This document shows, one piece after another, positions 1-13,575 of a stretch of DNA of 43,753 bases. Source of the DNA: Octopus bimaculoides. Lineage: Eukaryota. Within the stretch, counting starts at the first letter, position 1; every line of letters starts with the position of its first letter. A program made the position numbers and the translations under genes. The notes under the pieces are model-generated. The model saw only the letters and a list, made by a program, of their open reading frames with translations, did no database searches and was not told the origin of the DNA. Location: the NCBI RefSeq assembly GCF_001194135.2, contig NC_068996.1:4986476-5030228 (forward strand), written 5' to 3'.

Positions 1-64
<64 letters not shown>

Positions 65-66
<2 letters not shown>

Positions 67-272
67 TCTGTGTTAATCCCCCCACCGTCGCTTGACGACC
101 GATGTTTGTGTGTTTACCTCCCCGAAACTTAGCGGCTCAGCAAAAGAAGCCGACAGAATAGGTACTATGGCTTACAAAGAATAAGTTCTGGGGTCGGTTT
201 CTTCAACTAAAATGCGGTGCTCCAGCATGGCCACAGTCAAATGACTGAAACAAGCAAAAGAATAAAAGAATA
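65..272 (+). mobile_element. SINE family A, 3' body only
   Basis: Shares the body 'cgcttgac..ccgatg..gtgtgttta..ccccg.aacttagcgg..cagcaaaag...gaataag...ggcggtgctccagcatggccacagtcaaatgactgaaacaag' with copies at 13171, 18921 and 34858; ends in an (AAAAGAAT)-type tail. Confidence 0.85.
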
Positions 273-419
273 CTATAAATGAATATACATACATGCTTAC
301 ATACGAAGCATACATATATGCATACATACATACATACATGCATACATACATATATATATATATATACATACATACATACATACATACATAGTTTCCTCTC
401 AGTCCATTTCTTGATGGTT

Positions 420-1750
420 TTTGGCTACACTGCTCGTAGCGTAAACCAAGTTCGTGTCAACTTGCAGGAGTGGTCGGACCAAACCAGATTCCGAACAACT
501 TAACCAGCCATTGTTATACTACACAACCATTCTACATGAGAGCAAGGACTTTTCCCAAATATTAGTCCGAGCGAATTGTTTCCTCTTGTCACTAGCTCGT
601 AATCCTTCAGTTGACGTCCATTACTTCGATACCCATGGTGATGTCATCTGCATGCGCTGGATTACTTTCGTATCATCGACACCTCCAGCTTCAGCTCTAG
701 TAATTGTGGAAACGGACACTTTTATCTAACTGAGCATGGTGTTCAAAACTGTTTCGATGAGTGGTCATTTAATCTGAACATAGAGTCGATGTCAATTTGC
801 ATTGTAATGATCCAGTCTTCGAAAATGTTGCCGAGTGGGGTTTCTGCCGAAGGGTCGACAAGCAGCGCTGATTTGACACTATCAGATGTATTTGGCTGTC
901 AAAAATTCCTCGGTGACCCATCCACTCCACGCTTGTTTCATATCCTTTCAACGACGTACGGTATGAAGTAGATGGATCTGTTTGTTTCTTACAGGTATAC
1001 ACGCTTGTAACCACTAACGAGGTTAAGCGCCAGTCTGTTTGCAAGCACAGTGATCAAAATCTCGAAGTCAATGTCCAGCAGAGTTAAGGGCAGTAAATTC
1101 CCAATTATATCTCTCATTTCCAGGCCCTTTTTCAGCAACTCTATCATTGCTCGGCAAACGTTTCTAGTACACTTACATTTTGGAAATAAGTATGTCAAAA
1201 AAAGCAGAGAGGGTTTAACAAATCTGCCGTTTAGCCGTAATGCTTGTACGGCAGGCCATCCAAATCACCATGAAATTTATTCTTCGTAAAATCGTCAACC
1301 GTAATTGAATCGCCATTTTTTATTTTTCGCAACACTCCACCACTTTCCTGTTGAGACCACAGCAGGCAGATGAAGTAGTATTATAAATTTCCTAGTCTCC
1401 AGTCCAACGCTACACTCCAAACAACCAGACAAAGTGCTGCTAAGAAACCGTACATCTTGGAATTGAATAATAGATGCCACACTATTACACGCAAATATTC
1501 GTCTATCAAAGACCTGGCTTGGACTTTGTTTCCTAATCTTGTCTTTGTTTTACTTGGACGTCTTGTGCGATTTTGTATCTAATAGCAATCACTTTAGCTC
1601 TTACCCTGTAACCTTCATATTTCGAGTCGAAGAAATGAAGAAATAGCGCTGCTTTCATTGCTAGCATGTCAATCTCGATGCCATACCTTATCGCTTCTAA
1701 TTTGCTGACTAGCAATTCTCTCCGATCTATTGTTCACTATTACTACTTCT
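420..1750 (-). pseudogene. Decayed L1/Tx1-clade LINE ORF2 (linker plus reverse transcriptase)
   Basis: Manual minus-strand translation gives IGNLLPLTLLDIDFEILITVLANRLAL (RT domain 1), SVR*KCP (SVRQGCP-like), HADDIT at 643-654 (YADD-like) and VKLFGIWFGP, with many stops and frameshifts. Confidence 0.8.
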
Positions 1751-2299
1751 TAGCTTTACCCTATTGATTCTACAATGGTTCTTTGCAGGCAATATATGAA
1801 AAAAAGAAAGAAATCACAAATGCTCAGAATATTACACACAAACACACACACAAACATACATGCATACGCACGCACACACATGCACACACTCACTCACCTA
1901 ATCACACATACAAACATACACAAACACACACGCACGCACACACAAATGAACATACATACATAAGTACATACATACATAAGTACATACATACATGCAATTG
2001 TACATACATATATATATATACATACGTATATATANNNNNNNNNNNNNNNNNNNNNNNNNNNNNNNNNNNNNNNNNNNNNNNNNNTATATATATATGTATG
2101 TATACACACATACGCACATATATTAAGCATACATACATGCCCATATATATTTGTATATGTGTGTGTGCGTGTATATATTTGTGTATGTGTTTGTGCGTGC
2201 GAGCGTATGTATGTATGCGTGTGTATGTGTGTGTGTGTGTGTGCGTGTGTGTGTGTGTGTGTAAATGTACACACATGTATGTATATAATAAAGAAGACA

Positions 2300-3815
2300 C
2301 CCTGAGAATAAAAGAAAAGCTTATGCAAATGCTATGAACGAAAGCCTACGGGATAAGACGTCTCAAAAAGAAAAGATCTGTTTCTTCCACGAAAACCTGG
2401 TAGTTGAATCAAACAGAGACATTTATTAAAGAAAAAAAGCATAAATACACTGGATGACACGCCAACAACAACAGAAGTTCAACAATAGTGAAAGGGGTGG
2501 GGAGTAATATGTAATAACAGTTTTCGGTGTGATCAAAAGAGACAATTTATCAGAAGAGAAAAGGATTAAAACATACAATAGCGTGGTAAACATCGCCTAC
2601 CATAACTAGCAAGGTATTCACTGACACGTTAAAAGCTACTTACAGTTGGAGAGCCCTTTGGATTGACAAAGTCCCAAATTTCTGGCTTAAACACCAAACC
2701 AGTATTTGTGAAATTGTAGCAGCGGCAATCAATGAACTAGAAAGCAGACCGGAGTCAACAACTCGGTGATTTCTGGGGAAGAAAACAATATTGATTTCCT
2801 AAGACAAAAAATACCGGAGACTCAAAAACCTACAGACCTATGTTATTTCCCACAACCTACAAAACCATTACATTTATATTCTATAATAAATATACAGCTC
2901 ACCTGGAAAGCAATAACCTATTAACCGAGCAGAAAGGTTTCCAGCAAAGGAGATATGACTGAAAAGCACAGCTTTGGTGGTGAAACGAGCAGTTATTGAA
3001 TACAGCAAGAAGAATAAAAGTAAATAAATAAATAAATAAATAAATAAACAGACATTTGCATGATATACATTGATTATCGAAAACTATTTAGTAGCATCTT
3101 GGATACTGGAAATGCTCCACATAAATATAGCTGCTCGGATACTAACAATGTTTATCAGCCATGTCAAAATAGAAAGAAATCTTATAGCAACAACATAAGA
3201 GAAAATAATTAAAACCAGCCTTGCACCCTATGAGAAGAAACTTGCAGGAAGGCTATACTTATCCCCTGTACTTTTCTGTCTAGCTTTGACTTCATCGACA
3301 AGTCTGTTGAATGAAACAACCAATATAGATTCTACTGGCTAACAATAAACCATTCCTTTTATCAGGGTTCACTTAAAAATATTTATAAGGGACAACCTTA
3401 CAAACAACTATAAACCTGCTAACAATTTTAGAAACCTACTAACTGTTGAAGTAGCAATTTAACTAAAACGGTTAGTATTTAATTAGATTCAGGTGTGAAA
3501 AGCAGAAAATCAGGTGAGAACTTTCCATATCAATACTTGAGAGTAGATGAACCCGATAAAATTCAGCTAAAGGGAAAAAATTAGAACAGAGTACTTCAGA
3601 AGAGTCATTCTAAAAGCAGATAATCTACCCAATGATAGGCATAAGATAATAGGCATAAATTTTCTAACGATCCTGGTTATGGTTATGTAGTTTATGACTT
3701 CAATATTATATATTGGAAGTTATACGGTCTGAAGAGCTGAGACAAAATGACTAGAAAACTACGAACAGCACTTCTTTGCAGTCCAATAGATGCAAGTAGA
3801 TAAAGTAAAGTTCTT
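2300..3815 (+). pseudogene. Decayed R4/Dong-like non-LTR retrotransposon RT region
   Basis: Frame-broken motifs KEKLMQML*TKAYGIRR, KTILI/PKTKNTGDSKTYRP, PTTYKTIT, NNLLTEQKG, IDYRK, LSPVLFCLAL and later YDFNIIYW..DKMTRKL, in the order expected for R4-clade RT; interrupted by (TAAA)n near 3020-3048. Confidence 0.7.
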
Positions 3816-3827
3816 TCTCGAGTTATG

Positions 3828-4057
3828 TAGAGACAGGGCTGGTTTCCCGGCTTCCATGGCGTATATATTCACCACCTGGACAGGACGGCGGTCTATCGCA
3901 GGTACTACTCATTTTTGCTAGCTGAACGGACTGGAGCAAAGTGAAATGAAGTGTTTTGTTTAAGAACAAAACACATCTCCCTGTTCAAGAATTGAAACCA
4001 TAATTTTACAATCATGATTCCTAAATTTTAACCAGAAAATCATGCGCTTCTACTTCA
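3828..4057 (-). mobile_element. SINE family C (tRNA-like head, CORE/V-domain-like body)
   Basis: Reverse complement contains degenerate 'ggtttcaattc' B-box, 'gtgttttgttcttaaacaaaacacttcatttcactttgctccagtcc' and 'gcgatagaccgccgtcctgtccagg' (V-SINE-like). The middle block is shared with 39650-39960. Confidence 0.6.
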
Positions 4058-4129
4058 AACAGATTAGAGACTGTGTATTCAGTCCCGTGTTTACAGAACA
4101 ACGATATGAGAATGTGAAACGTTGAATGA

Positions 4130-4560
4130 TAGAGAAAGAAGGCTAAACTGGACAGTTAGAGAGACTGAGACTCTGAATCGAAGTCAGGTGAAGAGACAGT
4201 GAAGTGGAAGGGAGAGGTGTACTGAAAACTGAAGAAGAAATAGGGAAGGAAATGAAAGATGGAAGGAAAAAAAAACAAAGGGAAGACAAAAAAAAAAGAG
4301 AGTGAGGTAGAGAGAGTTGAAATGAAAGAGGGAAAGAGGGAGAGAAAGAGAAAGAGAGAGAGGAGTGGAAAAAAAATCGATAGAGGAATATGTAGAAAAA
4401 GATGAGAAGATATACAATGAGAAAGACTAATGTAAAAAAAAAAAGAAAAGAAAGAATGAAAACAAAATGAATTAAAGAAGGAATGAAGGAAAGAAAAGGA
4501 ACGAACGTATGAATGAAAGGAATGAAATGTGTGAAAGAAAGAAAGAAAGAAAGAAAGAAC
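4130..4560. repeat. Purine-rich (GA/GAAA) low-complexity tract
   Basis: Strong A/G strand bias with (GAAA)n runs. Confidence 0.85.
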
Positions 4561-5531
4561 GAGAGTGTCGTGGAAGAGAAAATAACACATAAAGGCCCAC
4601 GAACCGACACATACATGCAGACACACTCACATACACATACAGCCATACATACACATGCGCACGCAGGCAGGCGCATATACATACACACACAAACACACAG
4701 GCAAACACACACACATAAACACACTATATGCACGCAGTCATATAGTGTTATGGTCAAGTTGTCATATTGTCCGAGGCTGGTTGCTATGACTTAGGATATC
4801 AGACGTGAAATCTTCACTGCAAAACAAATCAAAAAACAAAAAGAAAAAAAACAGAAAAGTACCGTTTGGCTAAATGTTCGATCGCTCACAATATCACTGA
4901 TTAAAAACACAAGTCACTTATGATTAATACAACAAATTAAGCCAATAATAACCTCACAATTAGTTGCAATTCGTTTATTCGTTGGGCAATTTTTTTCTGA
5001 TTTTCTTTCTTTATTTATCTCTCTATATATCCTTTATGTATTATGTTATATATCATATATTTCTTTATTTCATTTATATTATATATTTTGTATTTTATTC
5101 TAATGGTATATCAATAGATGTGCAGGATATCCTGCGTGTGAGATTTATGCATTTAAAGTATTGTTTTCCTGTGTATATGTATGTATATGTGTGTATATAC
5201 ACGTACATATATGTATATGTGTGTACGTATATGCGTATATATATGTGTGTGTGTGTGTGTGTGTGAATGGCTATGTCCGGTTGCCTGTCCATAACTTTGC
5301 ACCTGTGACAGCATTATGTGCGTGTGAATATATGCTCTGTGTATGCATGTATATATATATGCGTGTGTATACGAGTGTGTGCGTGTTCATGCATGCCTTG
5401 TGCCCATTTCGCTGTGTGAAAAGCACAGTAAGTTGCGTTTCAGTGCGTGTATCTGGGGTATTTCGAATGAGTATGTGTGTGATGCTTGTTTTCCGAATTA
5501 CATGTATATATTAAAAAAAACGGGCATGAAG

Positions 5532-5584
<53 letters not shown>

Positions 5585-5699
5585 GATAGATAGAGCGATC
5601 GATTGACAGACAGACAGACAGACAAATAGATAGATACATAGATAATTAGATATTTACATATATGTATATGTGTATATATGTATTATATGTATGTGCATG

Positions 5700-5753
<54 letters not shown>

Positions 5754-6140
5754 NNNNNNNNNNNNNNNNNNNNNNNNNNNNNNNNNNNNNNNNNNNNNNN
5801 NNNNNNNNNNNNNNNNNNNNNNNNNNNNNNNNNNNNNNNNNNNNNNNNNNNNNNNNNNNNNNNNNNNNNNNNNNNNNNNNNNNNNNNNNNNNNNNNNNNN
5901 NNNNNNNNNNNNNNNNNNNNNNNNNNNNNNNNNNNNNNNNNNNNNNNNNNNNNNNNNNNNNNNNNNNNNNNNNNNNNNNNNNNNNNNNNNNNNNNNNNNN
6001 NNNNNNNNNNNNNNNNNNNNNNNNNNNNNNNNNNNNNNNNNNNNNNNNNNNNNNNNNNNNNNNNNNNNNNNNNNNNNNNNNNNNNNNNNNNNNNNNNNNN
6101 NNNNNNNNNNNNNNNNNNNNNNNNNNNNNNNNNNNNNNNN

Positions 6141-6183
<43 letters not shown>

Positions 6184-6579
6184 GTGTGTGGGGGGGGGTG
6201 AGAGAGAGAGAGCACATTTCTCTCTTCCTCATGTCGATAGTGACATACAGACAGACAATCAGTCTAGGAAAAATATATGGACTAAAAAAATTTATATAAA
6301 CTTTTACTCTTTGTTGTTTGTTATTTATTTTTTTTATATGGTCTTGCTCTTTTTTTTTCCCCACCTCAGTTCAGCTTCATTGCACTCGCACAAACAAACA
6401 CACACACACATATATATTGGCTTACACAAGCACAGTCCCACATAATCTTTCTCACAATCTCTTGAACACTGTGACACATATATACACACATACATACACC
6501 CACCTACACACAAATACACACACACACAAGAAAATCATCCTTAAACATTATATACAGAGAAGTGGTGATAAAGAAGTAA

Positions 6580-6667
6580 AGAGAGAGAGAGAGAGAGAGA
6601 GAGAAAACAAAAGAGAGAGAGAGAGAACAAAAGAGAGAGAGAACAAAAGAGAGAGAGAGAGAGAAAG

Positions 6668-6711
<44 letters not shown>

Positions 6712-7515
6712 GGGAGAGAATGTTAGAGCAAGTGAAAGTTAAAGCGAGGGTCATAGCAGTAAAGAAGAAGAAGAAGAAGAAGAAGAAGAAGAAGAAGAAG
6801 AAGAAGAAGAAGAAGNNNNNNNNNNNNNNNNNNNNNNNNNNNNNNNNNNNNNNNNNNNNNNNNNNNNNNNNNNNNNNNNNNNNNNNNNNNNNNNNNNNNN
6901 NNNNNNNNNNNNNNNNNNNNNNNNNNNNNNNNNNNNNNNNNNNNNNNNNNNNNNNNNNNNNNNNNNNNNNNNNNNNNNNNNNNNNNNNNNNNNNNNNNNN
7001 NNNNNNNNNNNNNNNNNNNNNNNNNNNNNNNNNNNNNNNNNNNNNNNNNNNNNNNNNNNNNNNNNNNNNNNNNNNNNNNNNNNNNNNNNNNNNNNNNNNN
7101 NNNNNNNNNNNNNNNNNNNNNNNNNNNNNNNNNNNNNNNNNNNNNNNNNNNNNNNNNNNNNNNNNNNNNNNNNNNNNNNNNNNNNNNNNNNNNNNNNNNN
7201 NNNNNNNNNNNNNNNNNNNNNNNNNNNNNNNNNNNNNNNNNNNNNNNNNNNNNNNNNNNNNNNNNNNNNNNNNNNNNNNNNNNNNNNNNNNNNNNNNNNN
7301 NNNNNNNNNNNNNNNNNNNNNNNNNNNNNNNNNNNNNNNNNNNNNNNNNNNNNNNNNNNNNNNNNNNNNNNNNNNNNNNNNNNNNNNNNNNNNNNNNNNN
7401 NNNNNNNNNNNNNNNNNNNNNNNNNNNNNNNNNNNNNNNNNNNNNNNNNNNNNNNNNNNNNNNNNNNNNNNNNNNNNNNNNNNNNNNNNNNNNNNNNNNN
7501 NNNNAAATAAACTGA

Positions 7516-7585
<70 letters not shown>

Positions 7586-7639
7586 GTGATGATGATGATG
7601 ATGATGATGATGATAATAATAATAATAATAATGATGATG

Positions 7640-7691
<52 letters not shown>

Positions 7692-7720
7692 TAATAATGA
7701 TAATAATAATAATAATGATA

Positions 7721-7752
<32 letters not shown>

Positions 7753-7828
7753 AATAAAAACAAATATACGAAATGAATAAAAAAACGATATAAAAATAAA
7801 ATAGATAGAAGAATAACAAACTTGAAAA

Positions 7829-7887
<59 letters not shown>

Positions 7888-7890
7888 GAA
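6580..7890. repeat. Compound microsatellite cluster (GA)n, (AAG)n, gap, (AAT)n/(GAT)n
   Basis: Directly visible tandem runs around the 6816-7504 gap. Confidence 0.95.
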
Positions 7891-8216
7891 ACAAGGAAAA
7901 AGGGGAAAAGAAGAAAAAGAAGAAGAAAAAAAAATTAGACAAATATAGAAAATGAGAGAAGTGAGCAGAAGCAAGATTAATCGCAGAGCATCGTGTTACC
8001 GACACGCTGAGACAAACATACATACAATCAACAGAATGACTACAGTCCAGTGTTTCATACACATTATCTACATAAAAGGGATCCTATACAGATTAATTAG
8101 CTGACAGATACACAGAATCTCTCTCTCTCTCTCTCTCTCGGTCCCTCTCGCTCTCTCTCTCTCTCTCTCCCTCTCTATCTCTCTCTCTCTATCTCTCTCT
8201 CTCTCTNNNNNNNNNN

Positions 8217-8272
<56 letters not shown>

Positions 8273-9101
8273 TATAAATATAAATATATATGTATATATC
8301 ATACACATAGTCATAGATATATACATACACTTGTGCACAAAAACGCCTACATACACATGTAGTTATACATATATAATGATAACTACATCCTCACATATAC
8401 AGACGTATACGCACACACATATACACACATTTATGGATGTGCGTATGTTAGTGTGTGTACGTGTGTGTATGTGTATGTGTGGGTGCAGGTCTGTGTACAC
8501 ACTTCCATCACTGAAAGAAACGCTTACACATATGATTATAATAAATGTATGCAACATACACACATATGTGTGCTTATATATATATATATATTTATATATN
8601 NNNNNNNNNNNNNNNNNNNNNNNNNNNNNNNNNNNNNNNNNNNNNNNNNNNNNNNNNNNNNNNNNNNNNNNNNNNNNNNNNNNNNNNNNNNNNNNNNNNN
8701 NNNNNNNNNNNNNNNNNNNNNNNNNNNNNNNNNNNNNNNNNNNNNNNNNNNNNNNNNNNNNNNNNNNNNNNNNNNNNNNNNNNNNNNNNNNNNNNNNNNN
8801 NNNNNNNNNNNNNNNNNNNNNNNNNNNNNNNNNNNNNNNNNNNNNNNNNNNNNNNNNNNNNNNNNNNNNNNNNNNNNNNNNNNNNNNNNNNNNNNNNNNN
8901 NNNNNNNNNNNNNNNNNNNNNNNNNNNNNNNNNNNNNNNNNNNNNNNNNNNNNNNNNNNNNNNNNNNNNNNNNNNNNNNNNNNNNNNNNNNNNNNNNNNN
9001 NNNNNNNNNNNNNNNNNNNNNNNNNNNNNNNNNNNNNNNNNNNNNNNNNNNNNNNNNNNNNNNNNNNNNNNNNNNNNNNNNNNNNNNNNNNNNNNNNNNN
9101 N

Positions 9102-9137
<36 letters not shown>

Positions 9138-9629
9138 CATACATACATATATATAGAGAGAGACACACACACAGACACATACAGACACACACACACGTAC
9201 ACTTATATGCTGGAGTCTTAAGCCAATACATGGTGGATATAAACGCATACATACCCCCATACACACACTCCCACACGCAGACACACACTGATACATATAT
9301 CCACATATATCCACCTGTCCAATCAGTTAAATACGCAGTTATCAATACATTCTCACATACAGAGAGATAAGCAGACGTGGAAGCACGTACAATCGCACGC
9401 ATAGACTTACACACTTCGATACACGCGCGCACACAACACACACACACATGCACACACACATACACATACGCACACATACATATATACACCCACACACACA
9501 TGGATGTCGTCGTTGTTGTCTCATCATTGACATACACAAAACAAATTAATTGACAATCATGAAATATCAATCCATGCATTGACACACTTACCCGCGCGCA
9601 CACATACACACACACACACACACACAAAC

Positions 9630-9745
9630 ATTATCTCCGGCTGGCCGTAACCCTGCCAGGCCGTGCCCCTACCCTCGCGCGCCTCACGCGCCAAACCACC
9701 AATCCCTGCCCCTTATAAACATCCTTTTTAACGTCTGTCAGTATA
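9630..9745 (+). promoter_or_regulatory. Candidate Pol II core promoter (CpG-rich, CCAAT, TATA, Inr-like)
   Basis: GC/CpG-rich island in AT-rich context; CCAAT 9699-9703, TATAAA 9714-9719, TCAGT 9738-9742 (A about 26 nt after the TATA start). CCAAT is closer to TATA than typical. Confidence 0.35.
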
Positions 9746-9785
9746 AACATCGATCGCAAAGAAATAATGGCATACGCTTCCCAGT

Positions 9786-9862
9786 TTTTCTTCTTCTTCT
9801 TCTTCTTCTTCTTCTTCTTCTTCTTCTTCTTCTTCTTCTTCTTCTTCTTCTTCTTCTTCTTC
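9786..9862. repeat. (TTC)n microsatellite
   Basis: About 25 perfect TTC units. Confidence 0.95.
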
Positions 9863-11418
9863 TCTCCCCTATTCGCTCTTCCCGTCTCCACTTCGTAATG
9901 TCTCACTTATATCAGCTAATTGACGCCCGACGGGACGTGGTATGGTGGGTGAATCAGGGAGCACAACAGAACGGCTCTTTTTATTTATTTATTTTGTTTA
10001 TTAATTTATGTATTTATTACTGCTCCTCCATCTTTATTTCTCTCTTTTCCATATTTCTGTCTTTCTTTCTATACATCCATCTATCCATCCATCCATCTAT
10101 ACATCCATCAATACACACACACACATACATACATACATACATACATGCATACATACACATATACATACATATATGCATGCATACATGCATGTATGCATGC
10201 ATATATATNNNNNNNNNNNNNNNNNNNNNNNNNNNNNNNNNNNNNNNNNNNNNNNNNNNNNNNNNNNNNNNNNNNNNNNNNNNNNNNNNNNNNNNNNNNN
10301 NNNNNNNNNNNNNNNNNNNNNNNNNNNNNNNNNNNNNNNNNNNNNNNNNNNNNNNNNNNNNNNNNNNNNNNNNNNNNNNNNNNNNNNNNNNNNNNNNNNN
10401 NNNNNNNNNNNNNNNNNNNNNNNNNNNNNNNNNNNNNNNNNNNNNNNNNNNNNNNNNNNNNNNNNNNNNNNNNNNNNNNNNNNNNNNNNNNNNNNNNNNN
10501 NNNNNNNNNNNNNNNNNNNNNNNNNNNNNNNNNNNNNNNNNNNNNNNNNNNNNNNNNNNNNNNNNNNNNNNNNNNNNNNNNNNNNNNNNNNNNNNNNNNN
10601 NNNNNNNNNNNNNNNNNNNNNNNNNNNNNNNNNNNNNNNNNNNNNNNNNNNNNNNNNNNNNNNNNNNNNNNNNNNNNNNNNNNNNNNNNNNNNNNNNNNN
10701 NNNNNNNNNNNNNNNNNNNNNNNNNNNNNNNNNNNNNNNNNNNNNNNNNNNNNNNNNNNNNNNNNNNNNNNNNNNNNNNNNNNNNNNNNNNNNNNNNNNN
10801 NNNNNNNNNNNNNNNNNNNNNNNNNNNNNNNNNNNNNNNNNNNNNNNNNNNNNNNNNNNNNNNNNNNNNNNNNNNNNNNNNNNNNNNNNNNNNNNNNNNN
10901 NNNNNNNNNNNNNNNNNNNNNNNNNNNNNNNNNNNNNNNNNNNNNNNNNNNNNNNNNNNNNNNNNNNNNNNNNNNNNNNNNNNNNNNNNNNNNNNNNNNN
11001 NNNNNNNNNNNNNNNNNNNNNNNNNNNNNNNNNNNNNNNNNNNNNNNNNNNNNNNNNNNNNNNNNNNNNNNNNNNNNNNNNNNNNNNNNNNNNNNNNNNN
11101 NNNNNNNNNNNNNNNNNNNNNNNNNNNNNNNNNNNNNNNNNNNNNNNNNNNNNNNNNNNNNNNNNNNNNNNNNNNNNNNNNNNNNNNNNNNNNNNNNNNN
11201 NTATATATATATATATATATATATACATGATATATATATATACATGATATATATATATATCATATATAAGTAAATACATATATACGTATGTACAGTTGTA
11301 TATACACATGTATGTGTATATGTATACACACATATTGGTTCCTGCTTCTCTCTCTCTCCTTCTCTCAAACCCTCTCCCCTCCGACAACTCATCCTCTACC
11401 CTGATCGTCATATGTCAG

Positions 11419-11541
11419 TTATATTTGCAAATTGACTCTCCAAGAGAGCGGTTTCATAAAATGTCTCATCTTCTCTATCTTATGTACAAACTGCCAAGCC
11501 GATGCTTTGAGGGAGTGCTGGTGGCTAGTATGTGTTGCTAG
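11419..11541 (+). other. Candidate internal exon (123 nt)
   Basis: Long pyrimidine tract then 'tatgtcag|' acceptor, 'ctag|gtaaca' donor; unique sequence; one frame is open throughout (YICKLTLQESGFIKCLIFSILCTNCQADALRECWWLVCVA), another ends in TAG at the last 3 nt. No homolog recognised. Confidence 0.3.
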
Positions 11542-11593
11542 GTAACAAGGGGCGTGGCATGGCAATCGTCCGTATGCTTGTGTTTGTCCATAA

Positions 11594-11624
<31 letters not shown>

Positions 11625-12127
11625 ATGTTTGTATGTATATATATATATATTGGCTTGCGTGATTGTGTGTATGTATACGTTTACGTGTAACAGTTTTGGT
11701 ATGAACGTTCATATATCAGATCCTTACTGGTCTGTGTTTGCATGGTTTTGCATCTATCTACGTGTTTCTATGCGTATATGTATGCATGAGTGCCTATATG
11801 CATATATCCATATATATGCATCATGTGTGTGTATGTGTGTGTGCGTGCATGTATGTACGTATATATATATATATATATATNNNNNNNNNNNNNNNNNNNN
11901 NNNNNNNNNNNNNNNNNNNNNNNNNNNNNNNNNNNNNNNNNNNNNNNNNNNNNNNNNNNNNNNNNNNNNNNNNNNNNNNNNNNNNNNNNNNNNNNNNNNN
12001 NNNNNNNNNNNNNNNNNNNNNNNNNNNNNNNNNNNNNNNNNNNNNNNNNNNNNNNNNNNNNNNNNNNNNNNNNNNNNNNNNNNNNNNNNNNNNNNNNNNN
12101 NNNNNNNNNNNNNNNNNNNNNNNNNNN

Positions 12128-12182
<55 letters not shown>

Positions 12183-12608
12183 TGTATAGATATATATGTG
12201 TGTGTGTGTTTGTGCGTGTGTGTACGCGTATGTTTGAGTATAAATATGTATTCAAATGTGTGCGTATTTAGAAATGTTTCTGTGTAAGCAACCATTTGAT
12301 TTTCTTTCATTAATTTACAGGTTTATTTATGAATATACATCAATACTTGTATAATTGTGTGTGTGTAAATGCTTGAGTATATAAGTATACTGAGGAGCAG
12401 ATAGTGTAAAATAGTGTGTGAAAGTTGTTATTTATATCAGAAATGTTTTCAGTTAGTTACAAATAATTTATAAATGTTTGTGAGTTTGTGTATTTAGTTT
12501 CATCTGTTTGGGTATAAAACTGTCAATTTTTCGGTGCTGTTCTCCGTTCTGTCCAGTTTTATGTTCAACGCCATCTAACGGCAGGTCATATAAATACTGT
12601 CACTATTA

Positions 12609-12656
12609 CACCGCCTGATGAAAGTTACAGTTCTTGAAACAGAACGTTCTATGGTG
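12609..12656 (+). ncRNA. Degenerate hammerhead-ribozyme-like motif
   Basis: CACCGC-CTGATGA-AAG..CTT-GAAAC-AGAACGTTCT(palindrome)-ATGGTG. Core boxes and stem II are present; cleavage triplet and stem I register are imperfect. Confidence 0.35.
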
Positions 12657-13170
12657 GGACATTGGCCACGTTGACCAATAGCGGATATTTCCTTTACATG
12701 TAGCAGAAGAAAACATTTCTCGTCTATTTGTCACCCACTATAGACATCTCTGGCAGCTTCCAATAATTCGCAATATATATATGAATATTTATTGAACTCT
12801 TATTCTAAAAAATACTTTGCTAACAATAATTATGACGTACCTCGTGAAGTACGTACATGACTTATTAACCAGCTTCCGTGAATATGTGTGTGCGTGTTTG
12901 CATGAATATATATGTGTGCGTACATCTCTCCCTCTCTTTCTCTCTATCTCTCTCTCTCTCACTATCTCTCTCTCTCTCTCTGTCTCTCTCTCTCTCTTTC
13001 TCGCTATGTATACACATATATGTACGTAAGACAAGATGCATGCATTTATGATTATTTTTATGTTTGAGTGTGTGTGTGTGTGCAACTCTCAGCTATATTC
13101 TATGAAGAAGGTGACAAACGATTGTTTAATAGCATAAAGGATAGCCGTGCCTAAATATTTTACAATACGC

Positions 13171-13312
13171 AGGAGTGGCTTGCTTACCAACCACATGGTT
13201 CCGGGTTCAGTCCCACTGCGTGGCACCTTGGGCAAGTGTCTTCTACTATAGCCTCGTGTCGACTAAAGTCTCGTGAGTGGATTTGGTAGACGGAAACTGA
13301 AAGAAGCCCGTC

Positions 13313-13351
<39 letters not shown>

Positions 13352-13575
13352 TATGTTTCTGTGCAGGTTTGTGTGTCTGTGTTTGTCCCCCCAACATCAC
13401 TTGACAACCGATGCTGGTTTCTTTACGTCCCCGTAACTTAGCGGTTCGGCAAAAGTGACCGATAGAACAAGTACTAGACTTACAAATAATAAGTCCTGGG
13501 TCCGATTTGCTCGACTGAAGGCGGTGCTCCACCATGGCCACAGTTAAATGACTGAAAAGAAAAGAGTAAAAGAGT
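13171..13575 (+). mobile_element. SINE family A, near full length, with 7-bp flanking direct repeat
   Basis: tRNA-like head (GGTTCAGTCCC B-box), central (TG)n, 3' body, AAAAGAGT tail; AATACGC at 13164-13170 and 13576-13582 is a likely TSD. Confidence 0.9.

Noticed and set aside
9767-9898. Plus-strand ORF MAYASQ(F)n..
   Set aside because: Short, dominated by the TTC repeat and stops at 9896-9898; at most an upstream ORF.
9631-9906. 91-aa minus-strand ORF with poly-Lys and an Arg-rich tail
   Set aside because: Poly-Lys is the (TTC)n repeat and the Arg-rich part reflects GC content; no domain is recognisable.
12380-12440. CTGAGGA...GAAAG hammerhead-like spacing
   Set aside because: No convincing stem I, stem II or UH register.
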